A stretch of 36,994 bases of DNA from Kiritimatiellota bacterium (GTDB taxonomy: Bacteria > Verrucomicrobiota > Lentisphaeria > Victivallales > JAADHT01), in NCBI GenBank assembly GCA_013151705.1, contig JAADHT010000218.1, positions 1 through 36,994 on the forward strand, written 5' to 3'. The notes under the pieces are model-generated. The model made no database searches. It was not told the DNA's origin and was given only the letters and a program-made list of their open reading frames with translations. A program made the translations under genes and the position numbers. Each line of letters opens with the position of its first letter. Position 1 is the stretch's first letter. Positions 9,354-18,234 of the stretch are shown here, one piece after another.

Positions 9354-10268
9354 ATGCTATTAACATATGACATAAAAGTGGATTCGGGTGCCAGATACTT
9401 GGCGGTCGGAAACGAGGAATTGAACCTGAAAACCAAGGATTGGTGCGTTATCCGCAAAGAGAGGGTTCTAGACTACGGAAGAATAGTGAGGGCGCTGGGT
9501 GAGAACGCTGGCGAGAAATCAAAAAAAGAGGAACTTCCTAAAATCGAGCGGAAAGCGACGGTGGTGGACCAAAGCAAGGCGAATGAAAACAAGATGAGGG
9601 CGAAATCCGCTTTCAGGACCGCGTCCCGGGACATAGTCGAGATGAAACTTCCGATGAAACTCCTCAACTGCCATTATTCCTACGACGGGAAATTGATAAC
9701 CTTCCAATTCTCGTCCGAAGGCAGGGTCGATTTCAGAGAACTGGTGAAAAGACTCTCGCAGGAACTCAACACCCGTATCGAATTGAGGCAGATCGGAGTC
9801 CGGGACGAGACGGCGCTATGCGGAGGACTCGGAGTCTGCGGGCAGGAATTGTGTTGCAGCAGGTTCCTTTCCGAATTCGCGTCGATAAACGTGAAAATGG
9901 CGAAAGAGCAGGATCTCTCTTTGAATCCGACCAATATCTCCGGATGTTGCGGACGCCTGAAATGCTGTCTTAAATACGAGCACGAGGGGTATCTGGAGCT
10001 CGATCAGAACATGCCTCGCCGCGGAGCGGCATGCGAGTGTTCGGAAGGAAGAGGGAAAATCATCGACCGGAACCTCCTGTCGCGTACCGTCACCGTGTTG
10101 GTCGAGGGAAAGGAACTGCCCATCACCTGCGCTAGAGACGATGTGAGAATCGTCTATCCTAAAAAATACAATATGCCTAAAAAAAACTCCAACCGCCCGC
10201 CCGAGGACACTCTCGCGGGAGTCCCCGACAAGGACAAGGATATTTTGCGGAAACTCAACGACAAGTGA
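9354..10268 (+). CDS. PSP1 C-terminal domain protein (YaaT/RicT-like regulatory Fe-S protein)
   Basis: PSP1-type features are YSYDGKLITFQFSSEGRVDFRELVKRLSQELNTRIELRQIGVRDE and the Cys cluster LCGGLGVCGQELCCSRFL ... CGRLKCCLKYE. Confidence 0.85.
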   Translation: MLLTYDIKVDSGARYLAVGNEELNLKTKDWCVIRKERVLDYGRIVRALGENAGEKSKKEELPKIERKATVVDQSKANENKMRAKSAFRTASRDIVEMKLPMKLLNCHYSYDGKLITFQFSSEGRVDFRELVKRLSQELNTRIELRQIGVRDETALCGGLGVCGQELCCSRFLSEFASINVKMAKEQDLSLNPTNISGCCGRLKCCLKYEHEGYLELDQNMPRRGAACECSEGRGKIIDRNLLSRTVTVLVEGKELPITCARDDVRIVYPKKYNMPKKNSNRPPEDTLAGVPDKDKDILRKLNDK

Positions 10269-10310
10269 ACCGTCGACGCTTGAATTTCGACAACCAAACG
10301 GATTCGTCGT

Positions 10311-11828
10311 ATGCGATACGCTATAATATCAGATCTGCACGCCAACAAACAGGCTCTGAAAGCGGTGCTCACCGATATCAAAAGTATAGGTGCCGACCAA
10401 ATCGTATGCTTGGGTGATGTCGTTGGATACGGGCCGAATCCCGCCGAAGTGTTGGAGTTGGCCTACAACAGCGTCTCTTATTTCGTGTTGGGCAACCATG
10501 ACGCCGTCGTCGCCCAAATAATGTCTCCCGATTGCTTCAATGACAAGGCCAGGCGTCTGATCGACTGGACTTGCTCGCAGCTCGATTCCAAAGCCGAGAA
10601 ATTCTTCCGCGAATTTCCACTTATGCTGACGGGCGAAAACTTCAGATGCGCGCACGGCGAATTCGAAAACCCCAGAAGATTCGGATATGTTCTCGACAAC
10701 GACGCCGCGTTGAAATCATTCGACATAACTCTGGAGCAACTGCTTTTCATAGGACACAGCCATGTGCCCGGGATTTTCGTGATGGGCGAAAGCGGTCGGC
10801 CGCATTGGATGCACACCCAGGATTTCGCGACCGAACAAGTCAAACGCTACATCGTCAACGTCGGATCAGTCGGACAACCGAGGGATAACGACTGCAGAGC
10901 CTCATATTGCATCTTCGACACCGACGAACAAGGTGTCATCTTCCGCCGAATTCCCTTCGATATTGATGTCTACCGCGCCGAATTGAAAAAACAGCAGTTG
11001 CCGGAATCATCGTCATATTTCCTCAAAACAGCGGACAAACTCCCGGAGGAGAACATCCGAGACATCATCGATTTTTCGCCATTGTCGCCGGAAGCGGCAT
11101 TGAAACTTGAGAACACCACTCAAGATTTGAGGGAGGAGGTGGAGAAGCTGCGCTCCTCGCGGAAAACCCTTCTCGCGGTACTCGTGGCGTTGTTGCTGAT
11201 CGCCAGCGCTTTGGGAGCCTTGCTGTTTATCAAATCGCGCGGACACGCTATGAACATTCCTCTCAAACCGACATCCAGGGTGATCAAAGCGAAACGAAAA
11301 TCCCAGACTCCCGCGCTGAGACATCCTAAAGTCGGAGTAGAGTTGATCTCCATGCCGCAAAAAACAGGAGAGCCTACGGAAAAGGCGCCGTTGATGAATT
11401 GGACGATAACACTCTCCCCGGACGCCGGGCAAACGGTTTCCGTCGAAAAAGGAAGAGACTCGAAAAAAAGCGAGTTAATGTTTTTCAGAGTTAAATCCGC
11501 GAAACCCGCGTCCTTGAGAATTGCCTATCTAGCGGCGAACGTGAAAAAAGGCATGCGGTTTTCCGGAAGCGCCCAAATCAGAAAGATCCACCTTGACTCA
11601 GGATTCATCGAACTGCGATTGATGGAGAAAGTCAAAGACGGATCTTTGAAAACCATAGTCAGACGGGAACCCAGAAATATCGCCGGTCCCGCCAGATGGA
11701 TAAAAACATCCGTCACCAACAAATCTAAAGAGCCCATCATGGATGACGGAAAGCTAATCTGGTGCCTCTACTGCGAGTTCACCGGTGAGATTCTGGTCCG
11801 CAAACCCCGTCTCACGCGCAAAGAGTGA
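10311..11828 (+). CDS. Metallophosphoesterase (YfcE/ApaH-like N-domain) fused to a TM helix and a 190-aa C-terminal domain of unknown function
   Basis: Phosphoesterase motifs are AIISDLHAN, CLGDVVGYGP, LGNHD, GHSHVP and VNVGSVGQPRD. A TM segment (LLAVLVALLLIASALGALLFI) follows, then an unrecognised tail. Confidence 0.8.
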   Translation: MRYAIISDLHANKQALKAVLTDIKSIGADQIVCLGDVVGYGPNPAEVLELAYNSVSYFVLGNHDAVVAQIMSPDCFNDKARRLIDWTCSQLDSKAEKFFREFPLMLTGENFRCAHGEFENPRRFGYVLDNDAALKSFDITLEQLLFIGHSHVPGIFVMGESGRPHWMHTQDFATEQVKRYIVNVGSVGQPRDNDCRASYCIFDTDEQGVIFRRIPFDIDVYRAELKKQQLPESSSYFLKTADKLPEENIRDIIDFSPLSPEAALKLENTTQDLREEVEKLRSSRKTLLAVLVALLLIASALGALLFIKSRGHAMNIPLKPTSRVIKAKRKSQTPALRHPKVGVELISMPQKTGEPTEKAPLMNWTITLSPDAGQTVSVEKGRDSKKSELMFFRVKSAKPASLRIAYLAANVKKGMRFSGSAQIRKIHLDSGFIELRLMEKVKDGSLKTIVRREPRNIAGPARWIKTSVTNKSKEPIMDDGKLIWCLYCEFTGEILVRKPRLTRKE

Positions 11829-11851
11829 TCAAGTCGTTATGGGATGGCCCC

Positions 11852-12184
11852 TCAAAGCCTCAAACCACCGTCGATCTCCAGAATCCTGCTGTTCACGAAA
11901 TCATTCTCCACTATGAAACAAACCGTTTTCGCTATCTCACTCATCTCGCCAAGTCGTTTAAGCGGGACTCGATCCGTTATTTTGGCGAGGGTGTCGGGAT
12001 TAATCGCCGCTACCATTTCAGTGTTCACATATCCGGGAGCTATGGCCGCGCAGCGAATTTTGTGCCTCGCAAGTTCCTTGCTCCAAGTTACGGTCATAGC
12101 ATCGACACCGGCCTTCGCCGCGGAATAGTTGGTCTGCCCGAAATTTCCGGCGCGCGACACGGACGATATGTTGATTATCCACCA
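11852..12184 (-). pseudogene. C-terminal fragment of a short-chain dehydrogenase/reductase (FabG-like); the Rossmann N-terminal half is missing
   Basis: IINISSVSRAGNFGQTNYSAAKAGVDAMTVTWSKELARHKIRCAAIAPGYVNTEM ... ILEIDGGLRL carries the YxxxK catalytic motif. There is no TGxxxGIG region, and homology stops at about 12184. Confidence 0.75.
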
Positions 12185-12185
12185 A

Positions 12186-12521
12186 TTGGGGGCGATATCA
12201 AAATCCAAACGGATCGCGCTCGTACTGGACAACGTTTCATACCACAAGTGCGCTTACGTGAGGGAAAAGATCGAGTTGCGCTCGAACATCATATTGAAGT
12301 ATCCGCCAACGTATTCTCCCGAGTATAATCCAGTGGAGCAAGTATGGAGACGGCTCAAGCCCCTAGTGTACGGAACCAGCAGTATCGCGAAGGGCGTGGT
12401 GGAGTTTGAGTCGAAAATAAGAAAGACGATTTGGCATTGGCAAAACGACAAATTGTCAAAACCCTTGAATATTGGATTTGGATTATGGAATAATCTTATT
12501 ATAAATATATATGGCTCTTAA
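12186..12521 (+). mobile_element. IS630/Tc1-mariner family transposase fragment (C-terminal third of the DDE domain only)
   Basis: The motif is KRIALVLDNVSYHK ... LKYPPTYSPEYNPVEQVWRRLK. There is no N-terminal HTH or first catalytic Asp region, and no terminal inverted repeat is visible. The stop lies 5 nt from the neighbouring gene's stop. Confidence 0.75.
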
Positions 12522-12526
12522 CTTAT

Positions 12527-13288
12527 CTACCTCCACTTGACGGATATGAACACTGGGGATTCATCGGATTTCGCGCGAAGCCCCAAGGCCGCGCCTCTGA
12601 ACGTCAGAGTTTTAATCGCGGCCATATCCAATTCTTGGTCGCCACACGAACACTCCAGGACTACCGTCGGAAAAAAGTCTCCATCGAAAAAACGGGTTTT
12701 CAACACTGTCTCATTCAAAGGCGGAGGTTTTGTTTTCACGAGCGAGCGGACTGCCGAGGAATCGGGAAACAACTGTGGAAGCCGCGAGCCGTCTTCAAGA
12801 AGCCAGAGAGGGTATTCGGAAGTAGGGATGGCGACACGCGGTTCGGTTGGAGAGATTGGCAGCGCGACGTATCTCCATAATTTACGCAACCGTTCCTGTT
12901 CGGTTTCCGTGGGCGATGGTAGGGGAGACGACGCGCTGAAACGAAAGCTTGGTTTACGCGTCCTCTCCACGAAAGGCGTGTCATTCACGCTGTCCTCGCT
13001 CAATCCCAAGCTGAATCCGCAAACTCGGTTCGGCTTGATAAAGCATTTGGGATCCAAAATGCCAAGCCATTTCAGAAGTCCAAGCTCCGTCTTCGACGTG
13101 GGATTCAATGGAAGCAGCGCCACCATCGGAGGCGGCGCGGAGGTCGCCGCCAAAGGGGGTGGCGCTTTTTTGAAGAGAAGAAAGGTTGCATGAAGAGCCA
13201 ACGTTAAAAGGATGGCCATCACCATTCCAAAGGAAAGGCGGGATTCTTTCGATTCCCTGGAATTGAAACTGTCAATCGTTCTTTTCAT
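12527..13288 (-). CDS. TonB-like energy transducer (N-terminal TM anchor, Pro-rich linker, TonB-C-like end)
   Basis: It sits downstream of exbB-exbD and overlaps exbD by 17 nt. It has a TM segment (FGMVMAILLTLALHATFLLF), a Pro-rich stretch (KKAPPPLAATSAPPPMVALLPLNP) and a C-terminal VVLECSCGDQELDMAAIKTL that resembles the TonB SSG..LD.AA motif. Confidence 0.6.
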   Translation of the reverse strand: MKRTIDSFNSRESKESRLSFGMVMAILLTLALHATFLLFKKAPPPLAATSAPPPMVALLPLNPTSKTELGLLKWLGILDPKCFIKPNRVCGFSLGLSEDSVNDTPFVERTRKPSFRFSASSPLPSPTETEQERLRKLWRYVALPISPTEPRVAIPTSEYPLWLLEDGSRLPQLFPDSSAVRSLVKTKPPPLNETVLKTRFFDGDFFPTVVLECSCGDQELDMAAIKTLTFRGAALGLRAKSDESPVFISVKWR

Positions 13289-13724
13289 CCTGAAAGACCT
13301 TTTCCTTGGCGGGGTTGTCTGAGAGCGTGGCGACGTACACGTTGAGCCCAAGCGATCTCGCCAGCGACATCATCCGCACCACGACTCCGTACTCGGTCGT
13401 TCTATCCGCTCTGACTATCACGGTATTGGCGTTCCAATCGGCTTTGCATTTCTGCAACCGCTCCGTAAGAGTCTCCCAATCCATTTCCATGTCGTTGAAA
13501 TAAAGCCTGTTCGAACGGTCGATCGACACCACCAGTTTATCGACGCTCATTTTACTGCTGGCCTTGGCGGTGGGCAATGTGACGGGGATTCCTGAAACCT
13601 GCACGAAAGAACTGCTCAACATAAAAAATATGAGCAGAAGAAACACAGTGTCGATCATAGGCGTCAAATCAGGACGGCCGCTGATTATCTTCAAATTACC
13701 GCGGATTCTACTTTTCATTTCCAC
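13272..13724 (-). CDS. exbD: Biopolymer transport protein ExbD/TolR
   Basis: Motifs are DLTPMIDTVFLLLIFFM and VTLP, with a C-terminal periplasmic domain (VIVRADRTTEYGVVVRMMSLARSLGL). Confidence 0.85.
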   Translation of the reverse strand: MEMKSRIRGNLKIISGRPDLTPMIDTVFLLLIFFMLSSSFVQVSGIPVTLPTAKASSKMSVDKLVVSIDRSNRLYFNDMEMDWETLTERLQKCKADWNANTVIVRADRTTEYGVVVRMMSLARSLGLNVYVATLSDNPAKEKVFQDEKND

Positions 13725-14364
13725 CCTCTTTGGACGCTTGCGTCAGCTTGCCCCAGTTGCGCTTGAAAAAATATATTATTTCGGATGACGCCTTCTCCAT
13801 GTCGAGCGTGATGGAATCTATTCTGGAGACTAGATAGTTGTAGGCGACGAAACATGGAATCGCCACGCAGAGGCCGGCGGCGGTGGTGAAAAGCGCCTGC
13901 CCTATTCCATTGGCCAAATCGCTGGCGTTCACCATCGCCCCTTTCGCTCTGATCGTGAAGAAAATATCTATCATTCCCAAAACAGTGCCGAGCAAACCAA
14001 GCAACGGCGCTATATACGCGATAGTCGCCAAAACCTTCATTCGGATTTCGAGACGCGGAATCTCACCCAGAGCGGCGTCGTCAACGGCCTGTCTCAAATC
14101 CTCTTCCCCCTCCTCGAATGCGAGAATCGCGGCTCTGAGCACGTGAGCCACCGGCCCGGGAGTGTCGTCGCACAGACTGATCGCCTCCACTATGCTGTTT
14201 CTTTTCAAAACGTTTACCAATCCGCGCACCAGATCTCCGACGCTTATCTGGACTCTGTGCAGATAGAACGTCTTCTCCAAAAAAATGAATGTCGCCACGA
14301 CACTGCACAGCAATATCAGCCACATGACCGGTCCACCCTGTTTCATAAACTCCATAAATAACAT
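13708..14364 (-). CDS. exbB: MotA/TolQ/ExbB proton channel protein
   Basis: The protein has three TM segments. The conserved IAYIAPLLGLLGTVLGMI and GIGQALFTTAAGLCVAIPCFVAYN are present. Confidence 0.85.
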   Translation of the reverse strand: MLFMEFMKQGGPVMWLILLCSVVATFIFLEKTFYLHRVQISVGDLVRGLVNVLKRNSIVEAISLCDDTPGPVAHVLRAAILAFEEGEEDLRQAVDDAALGEIPRLEIRMKVLATIAYIAPLLGLLGTVLGMIDIFFTIRAKGAMVNASDLANGIGQALFTTAAGLCVAIPCFVAYNYLVSRIDSITLDMEKASSEIIYFFKRNWGKLTQASKEGGNEK

Positions 14365-14370
14365 TGTTCA

Positions 14371-16956
14371 TCACTCCTTTAATTTGTATTTCACCTGAAT
14401 TTGTTCAATTTTCTTTTTCAAATCGTCCCTCGGCTCCAAACCGGCTTTCACAAGGGAGCCGTAAACTGTCATTGCGGCTTCCGCGGCCTCGGGAGTCTCC
14501 TTCGCGAGATACAGCCGCGCGGCGGCTATCGCGGATTTAGCGAACCAAACCGAGCTCCGCGCCGTAACTCTCTCAAGCTCCTTGTCCAGATCGTATCTGT
14601 ACATGACTTCGCGGTATTTCAAAAGAGCCTTGCCCTTGTCGCCCAAAAGCTCCTCCGATCGACCTATTTTATACAACACCTGGTCCAAAAAAGCCGACGG
14701 CAGGTTTCCGGAGTCGAAAACTTTTTGATAAAACTTTATCGCGGTCAAATAGTTTGTGCCGTCGGGCGTTTTCCATCCCAAAGCGAAATAACAGTCGCCG
14801 ATTCTCCCCCAGGAGGATTTCTCCAAAAGCGAGCTTGGAAGCGTTTCGACAGCCTTCTTGTAAAAAGGTATGGCTTTCTCATATTCGCTGTTTTTCGAGA
14901 AAATATCTCCGCGCAGAAACAAACCATAGGCCTCGACTCGTTCCTTGGAGTATTTTTCAGATAATTCATCGAGGATCCTCAAGGCCTTTTTGTCGCTGTT
15001 CTTCTTGAAATATATGTCGGCGATCTCGTAGACGGCCCTGGCGGCCAGGGATTTGAACGACGCGGCCGCCGCCAACGATTCAGCCTTCCTGTACGCAGCG
15101 ACGGCTTGATCGTCCTCGCCGCGGCCTTGGTGATGCGCGGCGAGACGAAACAACGCGTGAACGGTGTATTTCGATCCTGGACGCCGCTTGGCGAGAGTTT
15201 CAACATTTTTGATCGCGGCCGCGGGACGGTTCTCCGCGAACAAGGCGTAGGCGAGACGGTATCTGACATTGGGAATCAAAGGATTGTTTGGATATTTTCG
15301 GCAAAACAAGTCGAACTCCGTCACCGCCGCCGCGCAGTTCTCGTTGTCGAGAGAGATCAGGCCGGACTCGAAAAGCGCTCTGGGAGCGTATTTGTCCTCG
15401 GGGCGCTTCCGCGCGAACTCCGCTAATCGTTTTCCCGCTTCCTTCAACTTCCCGGCGTTCTTCAATGCGATGGCATAGAGAAATTCTATTTCAGAAGCCA
15501 AAGAACTTCGCGGCAATTCCCGCAAAAACTGTTTCATTTTCATCGTGAGTGTTTTCGAATCCCTTAAAGACATCAGAATTTTTATCTCGGCGTACAGCGC
15601 CTTTTCCTTCCAATCAGCGAACTTCGCGGCCACCGCGTCGAAAGCCACCGCGGCTTTCCTCGGTTCGCCGCGGGCGAGAAGAGTCTCGCAACGCCAGAAT
15701 GAACCCTCGCCGCGCGTTTTCTCGTCGGCTCCGTTTTTCTCCATGTACGCGAACATCTCGTCGGCATCGTCATAGCGTTTGAGAGAAAGGTAGATCCGGG
15801 CGGCCTCCCTGGCGGATTTCACTTTCACGTCCAATTCGGCCGCTGGGTCTTTTATTATCGTCGTCAATACCTGGAGAGCGTCGTCTGAACTCCCCGTTTT
15901 AGCGTACAAGCCCGCCAACCTCAACCTTATTTCATTGGAAATGAAAGAGTCGGGATAGTTTTTCAGAAACTTCTCCGCCGCCGCGCGAGCGGCAGTGATG
16001 TTTCCCGTGGCGGTCGCGCAGTTGATGCAGCCAACCAACGCCTTTTGTCGGTCGAATTCGGAGGAGGCGAACAAAAGAGCGTCGTTCAAAAGCCAGAGAG
16101 CGGTTTTAACGTCGCCCTTTTTTTTGAAGGACTCCGCCAACGAGGTGGCGAGAAGATACCACAAAGGATCCGGCCCCGAGGCATGTTTGCGGATCGTTTT
16201 GTAATGAACCAGGGCTTTGTCGGACAAACCCTCTTTAGCGAGCATCAACCCGCGCATGACGCGGGGACGCATATCACCTTTGATTTTGGATTGGCTGATG
16301 AGCAGCCGCGCCTCTTTGTAATCACCCATCATGACGACGGCCAAAACGCGTTTAGCCTCGGCATCCGCCTCCCAATGGGTGTTTTTGGCGGTGAACGCCA
16401 GCAACGCGAAGGTTTTCTCGGCATCAACCCATTGGCTCCATCTGGCGTATGTCGTCCCCAACGCATCGAGAGTTCTGTAGTATAACTCGCCGCGACGCGG
16501 AAGCGCCTTTAGAAGTTTTTTAAAGGATTCGCTCGCCTTCCGAAGATCCCCTGAAGCGAGAAGAACGCAAGCGTCCCAATAACTCAGACGTCTTCGCAAA
16601 TCGGGCTTCTTGGCGATAGTGGCCGCGAATTTGGTGGTCAGAAACGTGAATTCCTCCCGCGCTTTCAGCGGATTGCCGGAACGAACATAAGTGGCTATGA
16701 GACACTCACTGGCGTCTATCGACGCCTCTGTGTTTCCCGCGGACTCCGCTTTGTATTTCAAATAAAATTTGACCGCCAAATCGTAAATCCCGTCCTTGAA
16801 CGCCTTGTCGCCCAGATAGCGACTCTCCGACGGATTGCCGGCGGTTCCGCCTGGTTTGACTGAAGGGGTGTCGCCGAAAGCGGTGAAAACGACGAGCGGC
16901 GACGACAGCGTCACCGCCACTGTGGATATCAACGCCAAATTGCGAATGAAATTCAT
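14371..16956 (-). CDS. Large secreted tetratricopeptide-repeat (TPR) protein
   Basis: There is a signal peptide (MNFIRNLALISTVAVTLSSPLVVFTAFG). TPR-like A/Y/L-rich 34-aa periodicity runs throughout. It is the first gene of the exbB-exbD-tonB-like operon. Confidence 0.85.
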   Translation of the reverse strand: MNFIRNLALISTVAVTLSSPLVVFTAFGDTPSVKPGGTAGNPSESRYLGDKAFKDGIYDLAVKFYLKYKAESAGNTEASIDASECLIATYVRSGNPLKAREEFTFLTTKFAATIAKKPDLRRRLSYWDACVLLASGDLRKASESFKKLLKALPRRGELYYRTLDALGTTYARWSQWVDAEKTFALLAFTAKNTHWEADAEAKRVLAVVMMGDYKEARLLISQSKIKGDMRPRVMRGLMLAKEGLSDKALVHYKTIRKHASGPDPLWYLLATSLAESFKKKGDVKTALWLLNDALLFASSEFDRQKALVGCINCATATGNITAARAAAEKFLKNYPDSFISNEIRLRLAGLYAKTGSSDDALQVLTTIIKDPAAELDVKVKSAREAARIYLSLKRYDDADEMFAYMEKNGADEKTRGEGSFWRCETLLARGEPRKAAVAFDAVAAKFADWKEKALYAEIKILMSLRDSKTLTMKMKQFLRELPRSSLASEIEFLYAIALKNAGKLKEAGKRLAEFARKRPEDKYAPRALFESGLISLDNENCAAAVTEFDLFCRKYPNNPLIPNVRYRLAYALFAENRPAAAIKNVETLAKRRPGSKYTVHALFRLAAHHQGRGEDDQAVAAYRKAESLAAAASFKSLAARAVYEIADIYFKKNSDKKALRILDELSEKYSKERVEAYGLFLRGDIFSKNSEYEKAIPFYKKAVETLPSSLLEKSSWGRIGDCYFALGWKTPDGTNYLTAIKFYQKVFDSGNLPSAFLDQVLYKIGRSEELLGDKGKALLKYREVMYRYDLDKELERVTARSSVWFAKSAIAAARLYLAKETPEAAEAAMTVYGSLVKAGLEPRDDLKKKIEQIQVKYKLKE

Positions 16957-17248
16957 TGGTTCAAACATCCGGTGTTTAAATACGCCACTCTGGACCCACA
17001 GGATTCCGAATCGCATACTACGTACTATTTGATCTGGTTCAACGGAGCGAGGAAAACCACCTGCAAGGGTGTGAACCCCGTCCGGAACGGAGCGCCAGCG
17101 TTCGTTTCCAAAATCCGTTGTCGGAACCCCGTTCGCAAAACGCTGGTAACATACTCCAATTAACGCTTAGAACAAGTCGCTCTTGATCCCTTGCGCCTTC
17201 TTTATCACCTACCACCTACCCCCTGAGAAAAGTCCATTATTGAAAAGA

Positions 17249-17276
17249 TTTAACATTTTTTTAAGAGTTCCTTAAT
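17249..17276 (+). promoter_or_regulatory. Three phased hexamer direct repeats, TTTAAC-N5-TTTAAG-N5-CTTAAT (PmrA-box-like OmpR-family response-regulator site)
   Basis: Half-site starts are at 17249, 17260 and 17271 (11-bp period), 112 nt upstream of the methyltransferase ATG. A near-identical array lies at 22251-22278. Confidence 0.55.
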
Positions 17277-17387
17277 TTCACTCATCTAAAGTATTCGCGA
17301 CTGAGAGGTTTTGGCTTCGGGGTGTGAAAAGTCAGGGGGTTAAATTGTGATCCGGTCGGCAAACAATAAAACGAGGAGAAACTGAAC

Positions 17388-18185
17388 ATGGAAAAGACCG
17401 TGGAACGGGAAATGGGAACCTTGACATTCGCTGAATGGCAAACAGCAATGGACGGCGCTCCGGAAAGAAGCGGAGAGGATGGAGAAACAGAATCAGCTTG
17501 TAACTCATATGTGGATGCGAAATCCCGATTTTCAAAAGTGAAAAAGGCCTTGAGCTACCCGTCCGAATACCGAACGGGAAACGCCCATGACGATCGAGAG
17601 CGCGGAGCCATCCGCCAAGCGCTCGATTATCTGAAACCCTGTTCAAAAGTGCTTGATTTGCCTTGTGGGACCGGCCGTCTAACCAATTTGCTGCTAGAAG
17701 CGGGACATGAAGTCAGGGGAGCGGATGTCTCAAATGGAATGGTGAGACTGGCGAGGAAGAATTTCGAGAAGCGACACAAGCAGGCTGCGGAAAACGCTAC
17801 GGCTCACAACGTTCAATTCAATGTGGTCGATGTGATGGATACTCCTTATCAAAATGGAGAATTCGACGCGGTCGTCTGCAATCGTTTGTTTCACCATTTC
17901 ATTGAAAGCGAAACGCGCGTCGCGGCGTTGACCGAGCTCCGACGCATCACCTCGGAAGCCGTCATAGTGTCGTTTTTCAACTCGAAATCGTTCGATGCCT
18001 GTTGGCGCCGCGTCAGGAATTGGATGAGGATGCGCCGTCCAAAGGATAGGTTGCCGATTTCCTTGAAACAATTCGAATCCGAATTGAATTCCGCCGGATT
18101 GAGGATCGTTGCCCGTATTCCGGCGCGCCCATTCATCTCGCAGCAATTTTATATCGTCGCCAGACCTAGAAGCATTTCACAATAA
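17388..18185 (+). CDS. Class I SAM-dependent methyltransferase
   Basis: Motif I is VLDLPCGTGRLTNLLLEAGHEVRGADVS. Also present are FDAVVCNRLFHH and a gaggag RBS. Confidence 0.85.
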   Translation: MEKTVEREMGTLTFAEWQTAMDGAPERSGEDGETESACNSYVDAKSRFSKVKKALSYPSEYRTGNAHDDRERGAIRQALDYLKPCSKVLDLPCGTGRLTNLLLEAGHEVRGADVSNGMVRLARKNFEKRHKQAAENATAHNVQFNVVDVMDTPYQNGEFDAVVCNRLFHHFIESETRVAALTELRRITSEAVIVSFFNSKSFDACWRRVRNWMRMRRPKDRLPISLKQFESELNSAGLRIVARIPARPFISQQFYIVARPRSISQ

Positions 18186-18234
18186 ACAAGGACGATTGGC
18201 GGGTTCAACGCCATGGTATAGAAGCGAAAAGACG

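Noticed and set aside
17311-17326. TTGGC...GTG in the shared leader motif read as a sigma-54 -24/-12 promoter
   Set aside because: The -12 element (TTGC at the correct 4-5 nt spacing after GG-N10) is absent in both copies.
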